Assembly: GCA_963701185.1 (NCBI GenBank) | Contig: OY969569.1 | Location: 318,268-382,267 of the forward strand | DNA: 64,000 nt | Direction: 5' to 3' | Source of the DNA: Candidatus Gottesmanbacteria bacterium | GTDB taxonomy: Bacteria; Patescibacteriota; Microgenomatia; UBA10105; UBA927 | In this document: positions 38,685 through 49,003 of the stretch, piece by piece | Position numbering within the stretch: the first letter of the stretch is position 1 | How the letters are laid out: each line of letters starts with the position of its first letter | Translations under genes and position numbers: made by a program | Notes under the pieces: generated by a model | What the model was told of the DNA's origin: nothing | Databases searched by the model: none | The model's input: only the letters and a program-made list of their open reading frames with translations

Positions 38685-39692
38685 ATGCAAAATAACCGTA
38701 AACATATCGTGTGTATCGGCGGTGGGACCGGAACATTTGTCGCACTCAAAGGACTGAAACACTCACCCCACCATCTCTCCGCAATCGTCGCCATGAGCGA
38801 CTCCGGCGGCTCAAACAAGCGGATCCGCGATGAATTCGGGCTCCTGCCGACGTCGGACCTGCGTCAATGTCTCGTTGCCCTGTCGGATGAAAACGGCGGC
38901 GCCGGGATATTGCGGAAACTCTTCATGTACCGGTTTGAAAAAGGGCAGGGGATATCCGGCATGACATTTGGAAATCTTTTCATGGCAGCCCTCTCCGATA
39001 TTTTAGGTTCGCAGACGGAAGCAATCCGGGCTACCGGCAAGGTCCTGCGCATCCAGGGAACGGTCATTCCTGTTTCGTTCACCGATACGAATTTGGTCGC
39101 CGAATACGAAAACGGAAAAACCGTCACGGAAGAGCATCTCATTGATGAACCTCCCCATGACGGAACGGTAAAAATATCCCGCGTGTATCTTGCGCCCAAG
39201 GCTGAACCGAATCCTGAGGCATTGGAGGCAATCGCAAAGGCAGATCTTATTGTCCTTGGTCCCGGTGACCTGTACACGAGCGTTATTCCGAACCTCCTCG
39301 TTGCCGGTGTCCCACAGGCGATTGCGGCATCACGCGCCGTGAAAGTGTATGTTGTGAACCTTATGACAAAATTCGGCCAAACCTACGGGTTTACCGCCAA
39401 CGATCACCTACGGACCATCCGGCGGTATGTCGGCAACTGCGTCGACGCCGTCATCATCAATACCGCACCGCTTCATAAACCTGCACTCGCGGTGTATGCC
39501 AAATTTCACGAATTCCCGGTCGTTGATGATTTACTTGCCACGCCGTCACTCGCCATTATACGTGCTGACGTGGCAAGCCGTCAGGTTGCCGCAAAGTCCA
39601 AAAGCGATACCCTTGTACGCAGTCTCATCCGACACGACTCACAAAAACTTGCTACAATACTCCTTAACTATCTTAGTGGGGACACCGTATGA
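38685..39692 (+). CDS. yvcK: YvcK/UPF0052 family (gluconeogenesis factor-like)
   Basis: IGGGTG, DSGGS, GNL, LGPGDLYTSVIPNL and RHD motifs. Confidence 0.88.
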   Translation: MQNNRKHIVCIGGGTGTFVALKGLKHSPHHLSAIVAMSDSGGSNKRIRDEFGLLPTSDLRQCLVALSDENGGAGILRKLFMYRFEKGQGISGMTFGNLFMAALSDILGSQTEAIRATGKVLRIQGTVIPVSFTDTNLVAEYENGKTVTEEHLIDEPPHDGTVKISRVYLAPKAEPNPEALEAIAKADLIVLGPGDLYTSVIPNLLVAGVPQAIAASRAVKVYVVNLMTKFGQTYGFTANDHLRTIRRYVGNCVDAVIINTAPLHKPALAVYAKFHEFPVVDDLLATPSLAIIRADVASRQVAAKSKSDTLVRSLIRHDSQKLATILLNYLSGDTV

Positions 39693-39904
39693 AAATCATA
39701 TTACTAAGCCTGCATATCATTATTACCGTTATCCTTATCACGCTCATACTTCTCCAGAACAGCAAGGGGGGCCTGCAAAGCGGTATCGGCGACGGGCAAA
39801 TGTATCGTAGCCGACGGGGAGCGGAGCGCATCGTATTTGTCGGCACCATCCTATTCACAGTTTTGTTTTTCGTGACATCGATCATCAATCTGGTTATCCG
39901 CTAG
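39689..39904 (+). CDS. secG: Preprotein translocase subunit SecG
   Basis: LILLQNSKGGL...RRGAE pattern with two TM helices. Confidence 0.88.
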   Translation: MKIILLSLHIIITVILITLILLQNSKGGLQSGIGDGQMYRSRRGAERIVFVGTILFTVLFFVTSIINLVIR

Positions 39905-39906
39905 GT

Positions 39907-41250
39907 ATGACACTACTTCGGAAAGGACGGCTGATATTTCTCATCGTACGGGAGTTAGGCCTCAAGTATACCAAGGCACTCGCGCTAGGGTTTGCCAGCG
40001 GCCTCGTTCTGTCACTCGCATTTTTTCGGCTTTTTCCCATTATCAGACAACAGTGGTTTATTCCTGTTGACCGCATCGGCGTGGTCGGGGATTTTACCCC
40101 GGCGACCCTGCCGCTTACCATCCAGGAATATATCAGTGAGGGCCTGACAAACGTGAGGCCGGACGGTACGCTCGGGCCCGGACTTGCAACCAGCTGGACG
40201 GCAACGGACAGCGCTAAAACGTTTATATTCACCCTGCGCCGCGATGCCGTCTGGCACAGCGGCAAAAAAGTCACTGCCGCGGATATCAATTACAACATCC
40301 GCAATGTTGCCTTTTCACCGATCGACCAGTTTACGCTGCGGGCGAATTTGACTGCTCCATACAGCGCATTTCCTGTTGTGGTCGCCAAACCGCTGTTTCT
40401 TAATGCCCTCACCGGATTCGGCGGATACAAGGTATCCAATATTCAGCTCAACGGGAACTCTATCGTGTATCTCAAACTGGTTCCCGTTGACGGCGCCAAC
40501 CAGCATGAACGGGAATACCGGTTCTATACTACCGAAGCCGAAGCTATTCTTGCCTACAAACTGGGAGAAATCAATGAGCTTGATGATTTAACTGCATCCG
40601 GGGATTTGATCGGCTGGGGAACATCCACGGTAACAACAGAGGTCAACTATAACCGGATTATTTCCGTCTATTTCAACGTGACGAACCGACAGCTGGCAGA
40701 TAAGTCCGTGCGTCAGGCGCTCGCGTACGCCATTCCCTATCGGACGGATATGACGCGCGCGTATTCCCCGATCTCAAAAGCCTCCTGGGCATACTCGGAC
40801 AACATTAAAAAATATACGTTTGATATGGCTGCTGCCAAAAAGATTACCGGCACGACCGACGAGGGGTCTCCATCCGCCCACCTGACCATTTCTACATTTG
40901 CCCCCTATCTGTCGGATGCCCAATCCATCGCCGCAAGCTGGACGACCCTTGGCTTCACAACTGACGTCCGTGTGGAAAACAGCATTCCCGACGATTATCA
41001 GGTGCTCTTAAGTGCGCAGGATGTCCCGCCGGACCCGGATCAATATCCCTTGTGGCACAGCACGCAAAAAGAAACCAACATTACCAATTATGCAAACGTC
41101 AAAATAGATAAGCTCCTTGAAGACGGACGGCAGGAAATGGACATCGCCAAAAGGAAAACTATTTACGCCGATTTCCAAAGGTATATCACGGAAGATATTC
41201 CCGCCGCATTTTTATACTACGCCAAATCCGAAACCATCAGACGGCGCTGA
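39907..41250 (+). CDS. ABC transporter substrate-binding protein, family 5
   Basis: GLT..PGLATSW..FTLR..WHSG..VTAAD and PDQYPLWHS motifs. Confidence 0.85.
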   Translation: MTLLRKGRLIFLIVRELGLKYTKALALGFASGLVLSLAFFRLFPIIRQQWFIPVDRIGVVGDFTPATLPLTIQEYISEGLTNVRPDGTLGPGLATSWTATDSAKTFIFTLRRDAVWHSGKKVTAADINYNIRNVAFSPIDQFTLRANLTAPYSAFPVVVAKPLFLNALTGFGGYKVSNIQLNGNSIVYLKLVPVDGANQHEREYRFYTTEAEAILAYKLGEINELDDLTASGDLIGWGTSTVTTEVNYNRIISVYFNVTNRQLADKSVRQALAYAIPYRTDMTRAYSPISKASWAYSDNIKKYTFDMAAAKKITGTTDEGSPSAHLTISTFAPYLSDAQSIAASWTTLGFTTDVRVENSIPDDYQVLLSAQDVPPDPDQYPLWHSTQKETNITNYANVKIDKLLEDGRQEMDIAKRKTIYADFQRYITEDIPAAFLYYAKSETIRRR

Positions 41251-41271
41251 CGTGATATACTGATATCGTAC

Positions 41272-42297
41272 ATGAAAACAAAGGCTGTCATTATAGCCAT
41301 TGCTGTTTTAGTGCTGTTAGGCATCGGGGTTGCCGTCCGGATGTCCAAAACGAATGCAACTCAACAACAGATTAAAGCGGCAACCGCCAGACGTGGAACG
41401 TTTACAAAATCTGTCCAGTCTTCCGGCAAAACAAAAGCAGATACATCCGCAGAGCTTAAATTCCAGACTTCCGGAAGATTAGTGTACCTTCCGTTTAAAG
41501 AAGGTGACAGAGTACTGCAGGGTCAGGTTGTTGCTCAGCTGGATCTGGAAAAACTGAAAGCAGATCTCCGGCAGGAAGAACAGGATTTTACAGCGGCGAA
41601 AGCGGCGTCTGAAAAACTCTATAATGATCAAGGAGCGAGTACTGCTGAATCATTTGATCAAAAAGTAAAACGGACAGCAGTCGATGCAACACAAAATAAA
41701 GCATACGACGAGGTGGTGAAAGCCAGGAAAGACATTGGGGACGCGACACTTGTTACGCCGATTACCGGCATTATTTCACATATTGATTCACCGATCGTAG
41801 GAGTTAATATCACGCCCTCAACCTCAACGATAGAAATCGTTGACCCGGAGAGTCTGGTATTTGAAGCCAATATTGATGAAGTCGATGTCGGTGTGTTATC
41901 TCTCGGTCAGAGTGCAAGAATCGCCCTCGATGCATTTCCTGATGCAACATTTTCCGGTACGGTATCCTACATTTCCTACATATCGGAAACATCCGCAGGC
42001 GGGGCAACGGTGTTTCCGGTAAAAGTTGCGTTTGACGAACCGCAAAAACTGCGGATAGGCCTGAACGGGGATGTCACCATTGAAATGACCGCCATACCCA
42101 ACGCGCTCGTGGTGCCCATTGAGGCCATCCGCGAACAGGATTCCGGTAAATTTGTCTACAAAAGAACCGGCGCGTCGTCGTACGCGCTCGTACCGGTTGC
42201 CGTGGGCGAACAGAATGATCGAGACATCGTTATTACCCAAGGACTTTCCGAAGGAGACGTAGTCGTAACCAAAGGTTTCTCTTATGTTGCCAAATGA
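41272..42297 (+). CDS. Efflux periplasmic adaptor (MacA-like)
   Basis: N-terminal anchor, lipoyl halves, coiled hairpin, GLSEGDVVV ending. Confidence 0.88.
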   Translation: MKTKAVIIAIAVLVLLGIGVAVRMSKTNATQQQIKAATARRGTFTKSVQSSGKTKADTSAELKFQTSGRLVYLPFKEGDRVLQGQVVAQLDLEKLKADLRQEEQDFTAAKAASEKLYNDQGASTAESFDQKVKRTAVDATQNKAYDEVVKARKDIGDATLVTPITGIISHIDSPIVGVNITPSTSTIEIVDPESLVFEANIDEVDVGVLSLGQSARIALDAFPDATFSGTVSYISYISETSAGGATVFPVKVAFDEPQKLRIGLNGDVTIEMTAIPNALVVPIEAIREQDSGKFVYKRTGASSYALVPVAVGEQNDRDIVITQGLSEGDVVVTKGFSYVAK

Positions 42298-42973
42298 AAT
42301 ACTCCGGATTACGCATATATCGAAAGAATACCGGATGGACGGGGTTACGTTTACAGCCCTTTCTGACGTCTCTTTAACGATTCGAAAAGGCGAATTCGTC
42401 GCCATCATGGGTCCGTCGGGGTCGGGTAAATCCACGCTCATGCATATCATCGGATGCCTGGATAAACCGACCGCAGGCTCGGTATTTATAGAAGAACACA
42501 AAATATCCATGGCAAGCGAAAAAGAACTTGCCGCCATCCGCAATACGCATATCGGATTCGTGTTTCAGCAGTTTAATTTGCTCAGAAGAACTACCGCACT
42601 TGCGAATGTGGTATTGCCCCTCGTGTACGCGAAAATCCCTGCCAAGGAACGAATTCAGCGGGCCCGCGATATGCTTGCTGAAGTGGGACTTACGGATAAA
42701 TTAGAGAACTTTCCGTCGCAACTTTCAGGCGGCCAGCAGCAACGCGTCGCCATTGCCCGCGCGCTCGTCACCAATCCGACGATTGTTCTGGCTGACGAAC
42801 CGACCGGAAATCTTGACAGTAAATCCGGCGCAGAAATTATGAAGCTGTTGGAGGAATTAAGTAGAAACGGCCGTACTATTGTCGTCGTGACACATGATCC
42901 CGCCGTGGCGGGACACGCCAAACGGATCGTGAAAATTGCAGACGGAGCGATTCTTTCGGATAAAAAATCATGA
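42284..42973 (+). CDS. ABC transporter ATP-binding protein (MacB/LolD-like)
   Basis: [18 protein letters not shown] and DEPTGNLD motifs. Confidence 0.93.
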   Translation: MLPNEILRITHISKEYRMDGVTFTALSDVSLTIRKGEFVAIMGPSGSGKSTLMHIIGCLDKPTAGSVFIEEHKISMASEKELAAIRNTHIGFVFQQFNLLRRTTALANVVLPLVYAKIPAKERIQRARDMLAEVGLTDKLENFPSQLSGGQQQRVAIARALVTNPTIVLADEPTGNLDSKSGAEIMKLLEELSRNGRTIVVVTHDPAVAGHAKRIVKIADGAILSDKKS

Positions 42974-44175
42974 ATCTCTACGAATATATAAAACTGGCAT
43001 TTCAGGCTCTGCGGACCAATAAAGTCCGTTCAATCCTCACCATGCTGGGCATTATTATCGGCGTCTCATCTGTTATTCTCCTCGTGTCTATCGGGACGGG
43101 TTTACAAGAATACGTCACAACCCAATTTCAGGCGTTGGGCTCCAATACTATTTTTATCATGCCCGGCAAACTGGATCTGAAAAACATGCAAAGCGCGGGT
43201 GTCGCCATGATGACGGTCAGCAAACTGGAGATTTCCGATGTTGCAGACATCGAGCGCGGCAGTACCGCGATCGCACTTGCCTCACCTGCAGTGGCGGGAC
43301 CGGGCATTATCACCTACCGCGGAAAAACAATAAGCACAGAGCTGGCAGGTATCTGGGAAAATTATTTTCAGATTATGAACTTCACGCCGGTAAGCGGTGA
43401 TTTAATCCGCCAGAATGATGTGGAGCGCTCCCGTAAGGTCATTGTTCTGGGTGACAAACCGGCAACAGACCTTTTCGGAGATTCAGACCCGGTAGGTTCG
43501 TATGTTACGCTCGGCGGCGTCCGGTATCTGGTCAAGGGAAGGCTGACTCCGAAGGGAAGCGGCGGAGCCCTCGGTGCAAATATTGACGACCACGCGTTTA
43601 TCCCGTATACGACGGCTCTGCGGCAGTTTAACCAGACCAATCCGTATATGATCGCCGTAAAAACATTAAACCAGTCCGATGTGGAGCAGGCATCGGCGGA
43701 TATTAACCGCGTCTTACTGCGGCGGCTCAAAGCGGATGATTTTACCGTCATGAAGCAAACCGACCTTCTCAACACCATTACCCAATTTTTAAGTGTCATT
43801 ACCGTCGCCCTCGGCGGGATCGCGGCCATATCGCTTTTAGTCGGCGGCATCGGCATCATGAACATCATGTTGGTATCGGTGACGGAACGGACCCGCGAAA
43901 TAGGATTGCGCAAAGCCGTCGGGGCGACCCCGCAGGATATCATGGGACAATTCTTGATCGAAGCCGTCATTTTAAGCTTATTCGGAGGCATTATCGGCAT
44001 CACCATCGGCACACTTGGGTCACTGGCATTAAACGCCGTCATCAAAACGTATGTGACCGCATGGAGCATATTTCTGGCGTCCGGATTCTCTGCGCTTATC
44101 GGGATTATCTTCGGTGTTGCCCCGGCTGTCCGCGCCGCACGTCTGGACCCCATCGAGGCCCTGAGGTACGAATAA
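42970..44175 (+). CDS. ABC permease (MacB/FtsX-like)
   Basis: [38 protein letters not shown] and DPIEALRYE motifs. Confidence 0.93.
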   Translation: MNLYEYIKLAFQALRTNKVRSILTMLGIIIGVSSVILLVSIGTGLQEYVTTQFQALGSNTIFIMPGKLDLKNMQSAGVAMMTVSKLEISDVADIERGSTAIALASPAVAGPGIITYRGKTISTELAGIWENYFQIMNFTPVSGDLIRQNDVERSRKVIVLGDKPATDLFGDSDPVGSYVTLGGVRYLVKGRLTPKGSGGALGANIDDHAFIPYTTALRQFNQTNPYMIAVKTLNQSDVEQASADINRVLLRRLKADDFTVMKQTDLLNTITQFLSVITVALGGIAAISLLVGGIGIMNIMLVSVTERTREIGLRKAVGATPQDIMGQFLIEAVILSLFGGIIGITIGTLGSLALNAVIKTYVTAWSIFLASGFSALIGIIFGVAPAVRAARLDPIEALRYE

Positions 44176-44177
44176 TA

Positions 44178-44630
44178 TTACTTCACGATCTTTACAATAA
44201 TAATGGAGGTTAGCAGCAATACGACAAATGAGCTGATAAACCACCAGCCAAGGAGCGCCAGCGGCACGTTAAATAAGAGATAGACCGGCAGGGTAAAGAA
44301 TATAAACGATGTGGAGACTAAAACATCAGCAAAAAACGTCGACCGGTGCCAAAACCCCTTCGGCAAATAATCCTTGAGATAATAATAAATGATTGCAAGG
44401 GCCATGCCGCCGGCAAACGTAAGAATCATCGAGGTAACCATAAACTCAAACGGCGGCGGACCGGCTACGGGCATCAGACTCTTGCTCCACGCGCCGAAAT
44501 ATTGCGGCATCATATAATATTTCAGAGTCCACACAACCTCCATCTGCCGCACAACAGTCGCGATAATCGTATACAGAAAAGCAATAAGAAGCACTTTTCC
44601 CCAATGAATTTTGCTAATCCATTTAATCAT
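44178..44630 (-). CDS. Hypothetical 4-TM membrane protein
   Basis: Four hydrophobic segments. Confidence 0.7.
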   Translation of the reverse strand: MIKWISKIHWGKVLLIAFLYTIIATVVRQMEVVWTLKYYMMPQYFGAWSKSLMPVAGPPPFEFMVTSMILTFAGGMALAIIYYYLKDYLPKGFWHRSTFFADVLVSTSFIFFTLPVYLLFNVPLALLGWWFISSFVVLLLTSIIIVKIVK

Positions 44631-44860
44631 ATGCCCTCCTTCTTATCCTTCAGATGATAGGACTCTCGTATCCAACGGAGGAGTTCTTCATCTATTTCTT
44701 TTATTGTAGCGATATCAATACAATTTTTAAAGTATTTACTTGATATGGGGACGCATTGATTGATTCTGGGGGATCCCAGTTTCCTGTCAAAAGAAAATCT
44801 AATTTCCAGCCTGTCTTTTTTCGGGAGTGTTGCTAAAAAACGGTTCTCATCCAAAATCTC
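44627..44860 (-). pseudogene. 5'-truncated DUF5655-like gene fragment
   Basis: Ends in EIDEELLRWIRESY, typical of DUF5655/DUF1801-like folds. No credible start; the upstream frame runs into a hairpin. Confidence 0.45.
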
Positions 44861-44867
44861 ATTATGT

Positions 44868-44900
44868 TTCGTCAAACACACAAAAGGTGTGTTTGCCGAA
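44868..44900 (-). terminator. Hairpin downstream of the tRNA Phe-Gly-Gln cluster
   Basis: TTCGTCAAACACAC-AAAAG-GTGTGTTTGCCGAA; 14-bp stem with 1 mismatch. Confidence 0.6.
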
Positions 44901-44905
44901 TCATG

Positions 44906-44976
44906 CTGGGAGACTAGGATTCGAACCTAGATTCCAAGATCCAAAGTCTTGTGTCCTACCGTTGAACGATCTCCCA
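44906..44976 (-). tRNA. tRNA-Gln(UUG)
   Basis: TGGGAGA/TCTCCCA acceptor stem; CAAGA-CTTTGGA-TCTTG anticodon arm. Confidence 0.93.
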
Positions 44977-44986
44977 AATTATTTTG

Positions 44987-45058
44987 AGCGGCGTACGGGA
45001 ATTGAACCCGTTACCTTCTCCTTGGCAAGGAGACATTCTACCGGTGAACTAACGCCGC
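44987..45058 (-). tRNA. tRNA-Gly(GCC)
   Basis: GCGGCGT/ACGCCGC acceptor stem; TCTCC-TTGCCAA-GGAGA anticodon arm. Confidence 0.93.
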
Positions 45059-45072
45059 ACCATTAAACGCGG

Positions 45073-45145
45073 TGCCGAGACTAGGAGTTGCACCCAGATA
45101 ACATGTTTTTCAGACATGCGCCTTGACTACCTCGGCCATCTCGGC
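45073..45145 (-). tRNA. tRNA-Phe(GAA)
   Basis: GCCGAGA/TCTCGGC acceptor stem; CATGT-CTGAAAA-ACATG anticodon arm; T-loop reads TGCAACT. Confidence 0.88.
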
Positions 45146-45203
45146 AATCGAAAATCCATTGTTGTCTCTATTATTTAGTTGTATCTCGCGCAAGCTGCCG
45201 CTT

Positions 45204-45249
45204 CGCCTTGTCCCGCAAGGGGACTCGTGACTACCTCGGCCATCTCGGC
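45204..45249 (-). repeat. Duplicated 5' end of tRNA-Phe with a hairpin inserted in the D-loop
   Basis: 45228-45249 is identical to 45124-45145 (22 bp). It continues GTCCC-CTTGC-GGGAC and then the tRNA's own AAGGCG. Confidence 0.8.
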
Positions 45250-45296
45250 GGCAATCCGTATTTTCTCGTATTTTACGATATTTAGCAAGCTGAACA

Positions 45297-45328
45297 CATA
45301 AAGACCGGAGGTAAATCCGGTCTTTATG
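45297..45328. terminator. Perfect 13-bp hairpin after the 45345-46028 gene
   Basis: CATAAAGACCGGA-GGTAAA-TCCGGTCTTTATG. Confidence 0.65.
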
Positions 45329-45344
45329 GTAAAAAGCGCAACGG

Positions 45345-46028
45345 TTACGGATTTATTTGCGTCGAAATATCATAAAAACGCAATTGTACGAGCTTTAATC
45401 CACTATTATCGTAGTTCCAATAATAATCTTTCAAAGCATCGTTGAACAAATTGTACCGTTCAACCGCTCCGTCACCGTTTATGTCTGCATAGATATACAG
45501 CAGTATGCTGCTCACATTGGTAAATTTACTGCCACCGGTATTTCGTACCATCAACATGGATTGCACAGAACACCATAATTCACCTGTGGTCGGATCTGTG
45601 GCACAGGGCGTTGTTGTCGATTTCCCACCCGGCTTACCGAGAGCGCGCGCCCACACGGAATATGTCGTGACCCCGTCATTTGTGGGATCGGGATTGGGCA
45701 ACTGAAACGATGCGCCGTTGTCGTCAGTACAATTTCCGTCGATCACCGCAAAATCTCCTTCTTTCAGACCAATTTTACAGTTCCCCTGTAACGGAACAAA
45801 TATTCTGTGCCCCTGACTACCGGTCATATCAGCAGTTTTTCCTTTTGGTACACCTATAATATTTAAATTGTAATGCGCACCTGCAGGCGCGTTGTTGCCC
45901 GCTCTTGCCCGCATTTCCGTCGATTTAATATAGGCATTGAAGTACCAAATGAATCCGAGAATGACAAGAAGTGTGATTCCTAAGAAATACCATGTGCGAC
46001 TATCGTAACTTATTGTCTTACGAGCCAT
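45345..46028 (-). CDS. Membrane-anchored extracellular hypothetical protein
   Basis: N-terminal TM helix, four Cys, DINGDG Ca-binding-like loop; GGAGG ribosome-binding site. Confidence 0.75.
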   Translation of the reverse strand: MARKTISYDSRTWYFLGITLLVILGFIWYFNAYIKSTEMRARAGNNAPAGAHYNLNIIGVPKGKTADMTGSQGHRIFVPLQGNCKIGLKEGDFAVIDGNCTDDNGASFQLPNPDPTNDGVTTYSVWARALGKPGGKSTTTPCATDPTTGELWCSVQSMLMVRNTGGSKFTNVSSILLYIYADINGDGAVERYNLFNDALKDYYWNYDNSGLKLVQLRFYDISTQINP

Positions 46029-46123
46029 TTGTATTCACCTCCTCTCCTATACTCTCTACTAGTAGTCTGAGAAATATATGAGAGAAAGTCAAGAGCAGCG
46101 TCTTCTGTTATAATCTGTTAATT

Positions 46124-47152
46124 ATGCACAATACATTGCATCCGCTTTCCGTTGCGATTTTATACTACGCCGGAACGCACGAAGATGATGAAGACACCAT
46201 TGCCGGCGTCAAAGGAATAGAGGAGTCTCTCAAACGCACAGGACATCCGGTTACAAAAATCATCGTTACAAAACAAAATTGGAAACAAGCTCTTACGACG
46301 CCGGGCGATGTTGTGTTTAACTTTGTTGAAGACGACACGTGGGAACTGTACGAAAAAGTGGCGTTCGGTTTGGAACGATTGGGGAGAGCCCAAGTCGGAC
46401 ATGATATTGCAGGTCTCCCGTATGCCGTCCGCAAATCTCCGATGAAACTCCTGATGCAAAAAATGCATATCGCGACGCCGGACTTTACAATTTTTTCCGC
46501 ACATTCCAAAACGATTGATCAGGGCAGTCTCCGATTTCCGATCATCATTAAACCATGCAATCAACACGCAGGAATCGGTATTTCCCAGGAATCAGTTGTC
46601 ACCAATAAAGACGACTTGGAAAAAAAGGTGAAGCAGAGTATTCGGATATACTCGGGTGAGGTGATTGCCGAAGAATATATACAGGGTCGGGAAATTCATG
46701 TCACGATACTCGGGAACGGCACCCGCCTCACCGTACTTCCATACTGTGAAGTAGCATTCAGCGGAAAATTTAAAAATCACTGGAACGTATATACGTATGA
46801 CGCCAAATGGGCCAAAAAAACATGGGAATATGCCGATGCCAGGGTGTGTGCGCCTGCAAAAATTTCTTCAGATCTTCAAAAAAAAATTAAAATGCTCGCC
46901 GTATTTGCGTACCGTACGTTCACATGCCGCGACATCGCGCGGTTTGATGTCCGGGTTGATGAAAAAGACACTCCGTTTCTCGTGGACATCAACATGAACC
47001 CCAGCATCAACGTTTATGATGATCAGGATGCCACAATCACCTCGATATACGCCCGCGGCTGGACGTACGATCAGTTCATCGAAAAACTTCTTGCCATAAC
47101 ATACGAACGCGTGTATGGCAGTCAATTGAAAGACAACCTGTTAAGGAAATAA
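46124..47152 (+). CDS. ATP-grasp protein, D-Ala-D-Ala ligase-like
   Basis: DVVFNFVE, FPIIIKP, EEYIQGREI, YTYDAKW, ARFDVR and DINMNP motifs. Confidence 0.8.
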   Translation: MHNTLHPLSVAILYYAGTHEDDEDTIAGVKGIEESLKRTGHPVTKIIVTKQNWKQALTTPGDVVFNFVEDDTWELYEKVAFGLERLGRAQVGHDIAGLPYAVRKSPMKLLMQKMHIATPDFTIFSAHSKTIDQGSLRFPIIIKPCNQHAGIGISQESVVTNKDDLEKKVKQSIRIYSGEVIAEEYIQGREIHVTILGNGTRLTVLPYCEVAFSGKFKNHWNVYTYDAKWAKKTWEYADARVCAPAKISSDLQKKIKMLAVFAYRTFTCRDIARFDVRVDEKDTPFLVDINMNPSINVYDDQDATITSIYARGWTYDQFIEKLLAITYERVYGSQLKDNLLRK

Positions 47153-47469
47153 ATACCCACACTGATGACGAGCACCCAGAAAACTGCCTGAACATTGAGC
47201 AGTTCTTTTACCGGAGTTTTTGAGGCCAAACCGGCGACAAAATAGCCAAAAATCGCACTCCCGCCAGCCCAGATAGGGATAAACAACCGGAGCGTCTGTC
47301 CGCGGTCCTGAAGTTTAAAAATAAAAATCCACACAAGGACGGCAGCAACGACGGCATACACGAAAAACGCCGCATTTTTATGATGGCTCTCCACATACCG
47401 CTGGTAAAAAATATACGCCAGCGTGTCGGCAAAAAACGATGCGGCAAACAAAAGTATAGTATCTCGCAT
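47122..47469 (-). CDS. Small 4-TM membrane protein (DMT/SMR-like)
   Basis: Four hydrophobic helices; IPIWAG motif. Confidence 0.6.
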   Translation of the reverse strand: MRDTILLFAASFFADTLAYIFYQRYVESHHKNAAFFVYAVVAAVLVWIFIFKLQDRGQTLRLFIPIWAGGSAIFGYFVAGLASKTPVKELLNVQAVFWVLVISVGIYFLNRLSFN

Positions 47470-47472
47470 GGG

Positions 47473-47544
47473 TGCCCGCTGAGGGATTTGAACCCCCGAC
47501 CACTCGCATGTAAAGCGAATGCTCTACCGCTGAGCTAAGCGGGC
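47473..47544 (-). tRNA. tRNA-Val(UAC)
   Basis: GCCCGCT/AGCGGGC acceptor stem; TTCGC-TTTACAT-GCGAG anticodon arm. Confidence 0.93.
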
Positions 47545-47710
47545 AGAAATCTTCTTGTGCACTCAATGATGTGCAGCTTGAACACATTATACACGGAATG
47601 GATGGGTTTAGACAAAGGTACTTAGCCTTGTTTGACCGTGTAGGGTAAACGACGATTCTATTGCTTTATGCCTCAAAACAGTATAAATTACCTATCGCTG
47701 CCCATTGAAC

Positions 47711-48643
47711 ATGGTAATACAGTCAAAAAAGGTCTGGGCTAAGGTTTCTTCAGTTTTTCCTTTTGTTAAACGAAACGCCACGCTTGTTGGGGTTCTAGCG
47801 TTTATTAGCTTGATGCAAGCCTTTAATTTTTGGAATCCAATCTTGAATTGGATTGGTAATATCCTATTTGAATTCCAAAAGGTCATTATTGCTCCATGGA
47901 TATCACCATTTGGCATATGGTTTTTCGTTTTTGTAGTAATAGCGATATTAGTTTATCGTGTGTCTAAGGATCATGGGTATTTGAGAAAAGTCGCCGGAGA
48001 ATTTTACGATGATTTTGAAACTGGTCTATGCAAATGGGATTACAAAGGCGATTGGTTTGTAGAGGAGGAAAATGGTAAACGACTACTAAGCGTTGCTAAT
48101 TCTGGAATTGGAGGATTCACGAAGAAAGGATTTAACTGGACTGATTATGAATTTAGCTTTGAAACAAAGGTTATTAAAATTGCATCCGGTTGGGTAATAA
48201 GAGCAAATGCCAGCGATTATTTTATGGTGCAATTATATTTGAATGGTGATTCTGCCTACGTTTATAAACTAAGACCTCATTATCACAAACTTGAAGGAGG
48301 AACAGAAATTTGGCTACCTGAAGACAACAACTCCGTAGATTTGTCTAAAATAGCACTAGAAAAGGAAATAAAATTACTCCAATGGGTCAAAGTTAAAATT
48401 ACCGTTGAGGGCAATCAAGTAGATATTTATCTTGATGGAAAACACGCTTTACACTATTTAATTACTACGGTTGGGGTATCAATAAGCAAAAAATTTACGC
48501 TCAAAGACAATTTAGGAAAAGAATTTGAAGCCACCACAAGTGAAGTTGTCCTTTTGGGCAGCAATGCCGCAGGTAGGGTAGGTTTTAGATGTGGAGATGG
48601 AGAACATGCACATTTTAGAAATATAAAGGTTAAACCACTATAA
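47711..48643 (+). CDS. Membrane protein with ConA/DUF1080-like beta-sandwich domain
   Basis: Two N-terminal TM helices; FYDDFE, WTDYEFSFETK and GRVGFR..AHFRNIKV motifs. Confidence 0.7.
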   Translation: MVIQSKKVWAKVSSVFPFVKRNATLVGVLAFISLMQAFNFWNPILNWIGNILFEFQKVIIAPWISPFGIWFFVFVVIAILVYRVSKDHGYLRKVAGEFYDDFETGLCKWDYKGDWFVEEENGKRLLSVANSGIGGFTKKGFNWTDYEFSFETKVIKIASGWVIRANASDYFMVQLYLNGDSAYVYKLRPHYHKLEGGTEIWLPEDNNSVDLSKIALEKEIKLLQWVKVKITVEGNQVDIYLDGKHALHYLITTVGVSISKKFTLKDNLGKEFEATTSEVVLLGSNAAGRVGFRCGDGEHAHFRNIKVKPL

Positions 48644-48672
48644 ATTCATCACAACAGCTTACGAAGAATTAG

Positions 48673-48885
48673 TCACTTCAACTTCATCAACTCATCCAGT
48701 CGGATGCCTAGCACACGAGCGATTTTGGCGATGATTTTCAGTGTTGGGTTCCGTTTACCGCCCTCAATCCGGTTAAGGTAGGAAAAATCAATCCCTGCTC
48801 TTTCAGCAAGTTTTTCTTGAGTTACCCCCTTGGACCTTCGGATTTTCCGGAGCTTCATTCCGAATTTTTGTACTACCGTAGCCAT
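48673..48885 (-). CDS. XRE-family HTH transcriptional regulator
   Basis: TQEKLAERAGI..SYLNRIEGGKRNPTL motif. Confidence 0.9.
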   Translation of the reverse strand: MATVVQKFGMKLRKIRRSKGVTQEKLAERAGIDFSYLNRIEGGKRNPTLKIIAKIARVLGIRLDELMKLK

Positions 48886-49003
48886 GACTTGATTATGGTC
48901 AATTGACGCCGCGGAGTTTATTGTTTATAGTCAATATTATGAGGCTATGGTATATTCAGATTATTGACTCTAATAGGATGTTTGTGTCTGACAACTAATT
49001 AAT

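Noticed and set aside
5596-39692. Coenzyme F420 pathway from the CofE-like and CofD-like (YvcK) genes
   Set aside because: The genes are 32 kb apart, the second has YvcK motifs and typical uvrC-yvlD context, and no cofC/cofG/cofH is visible.
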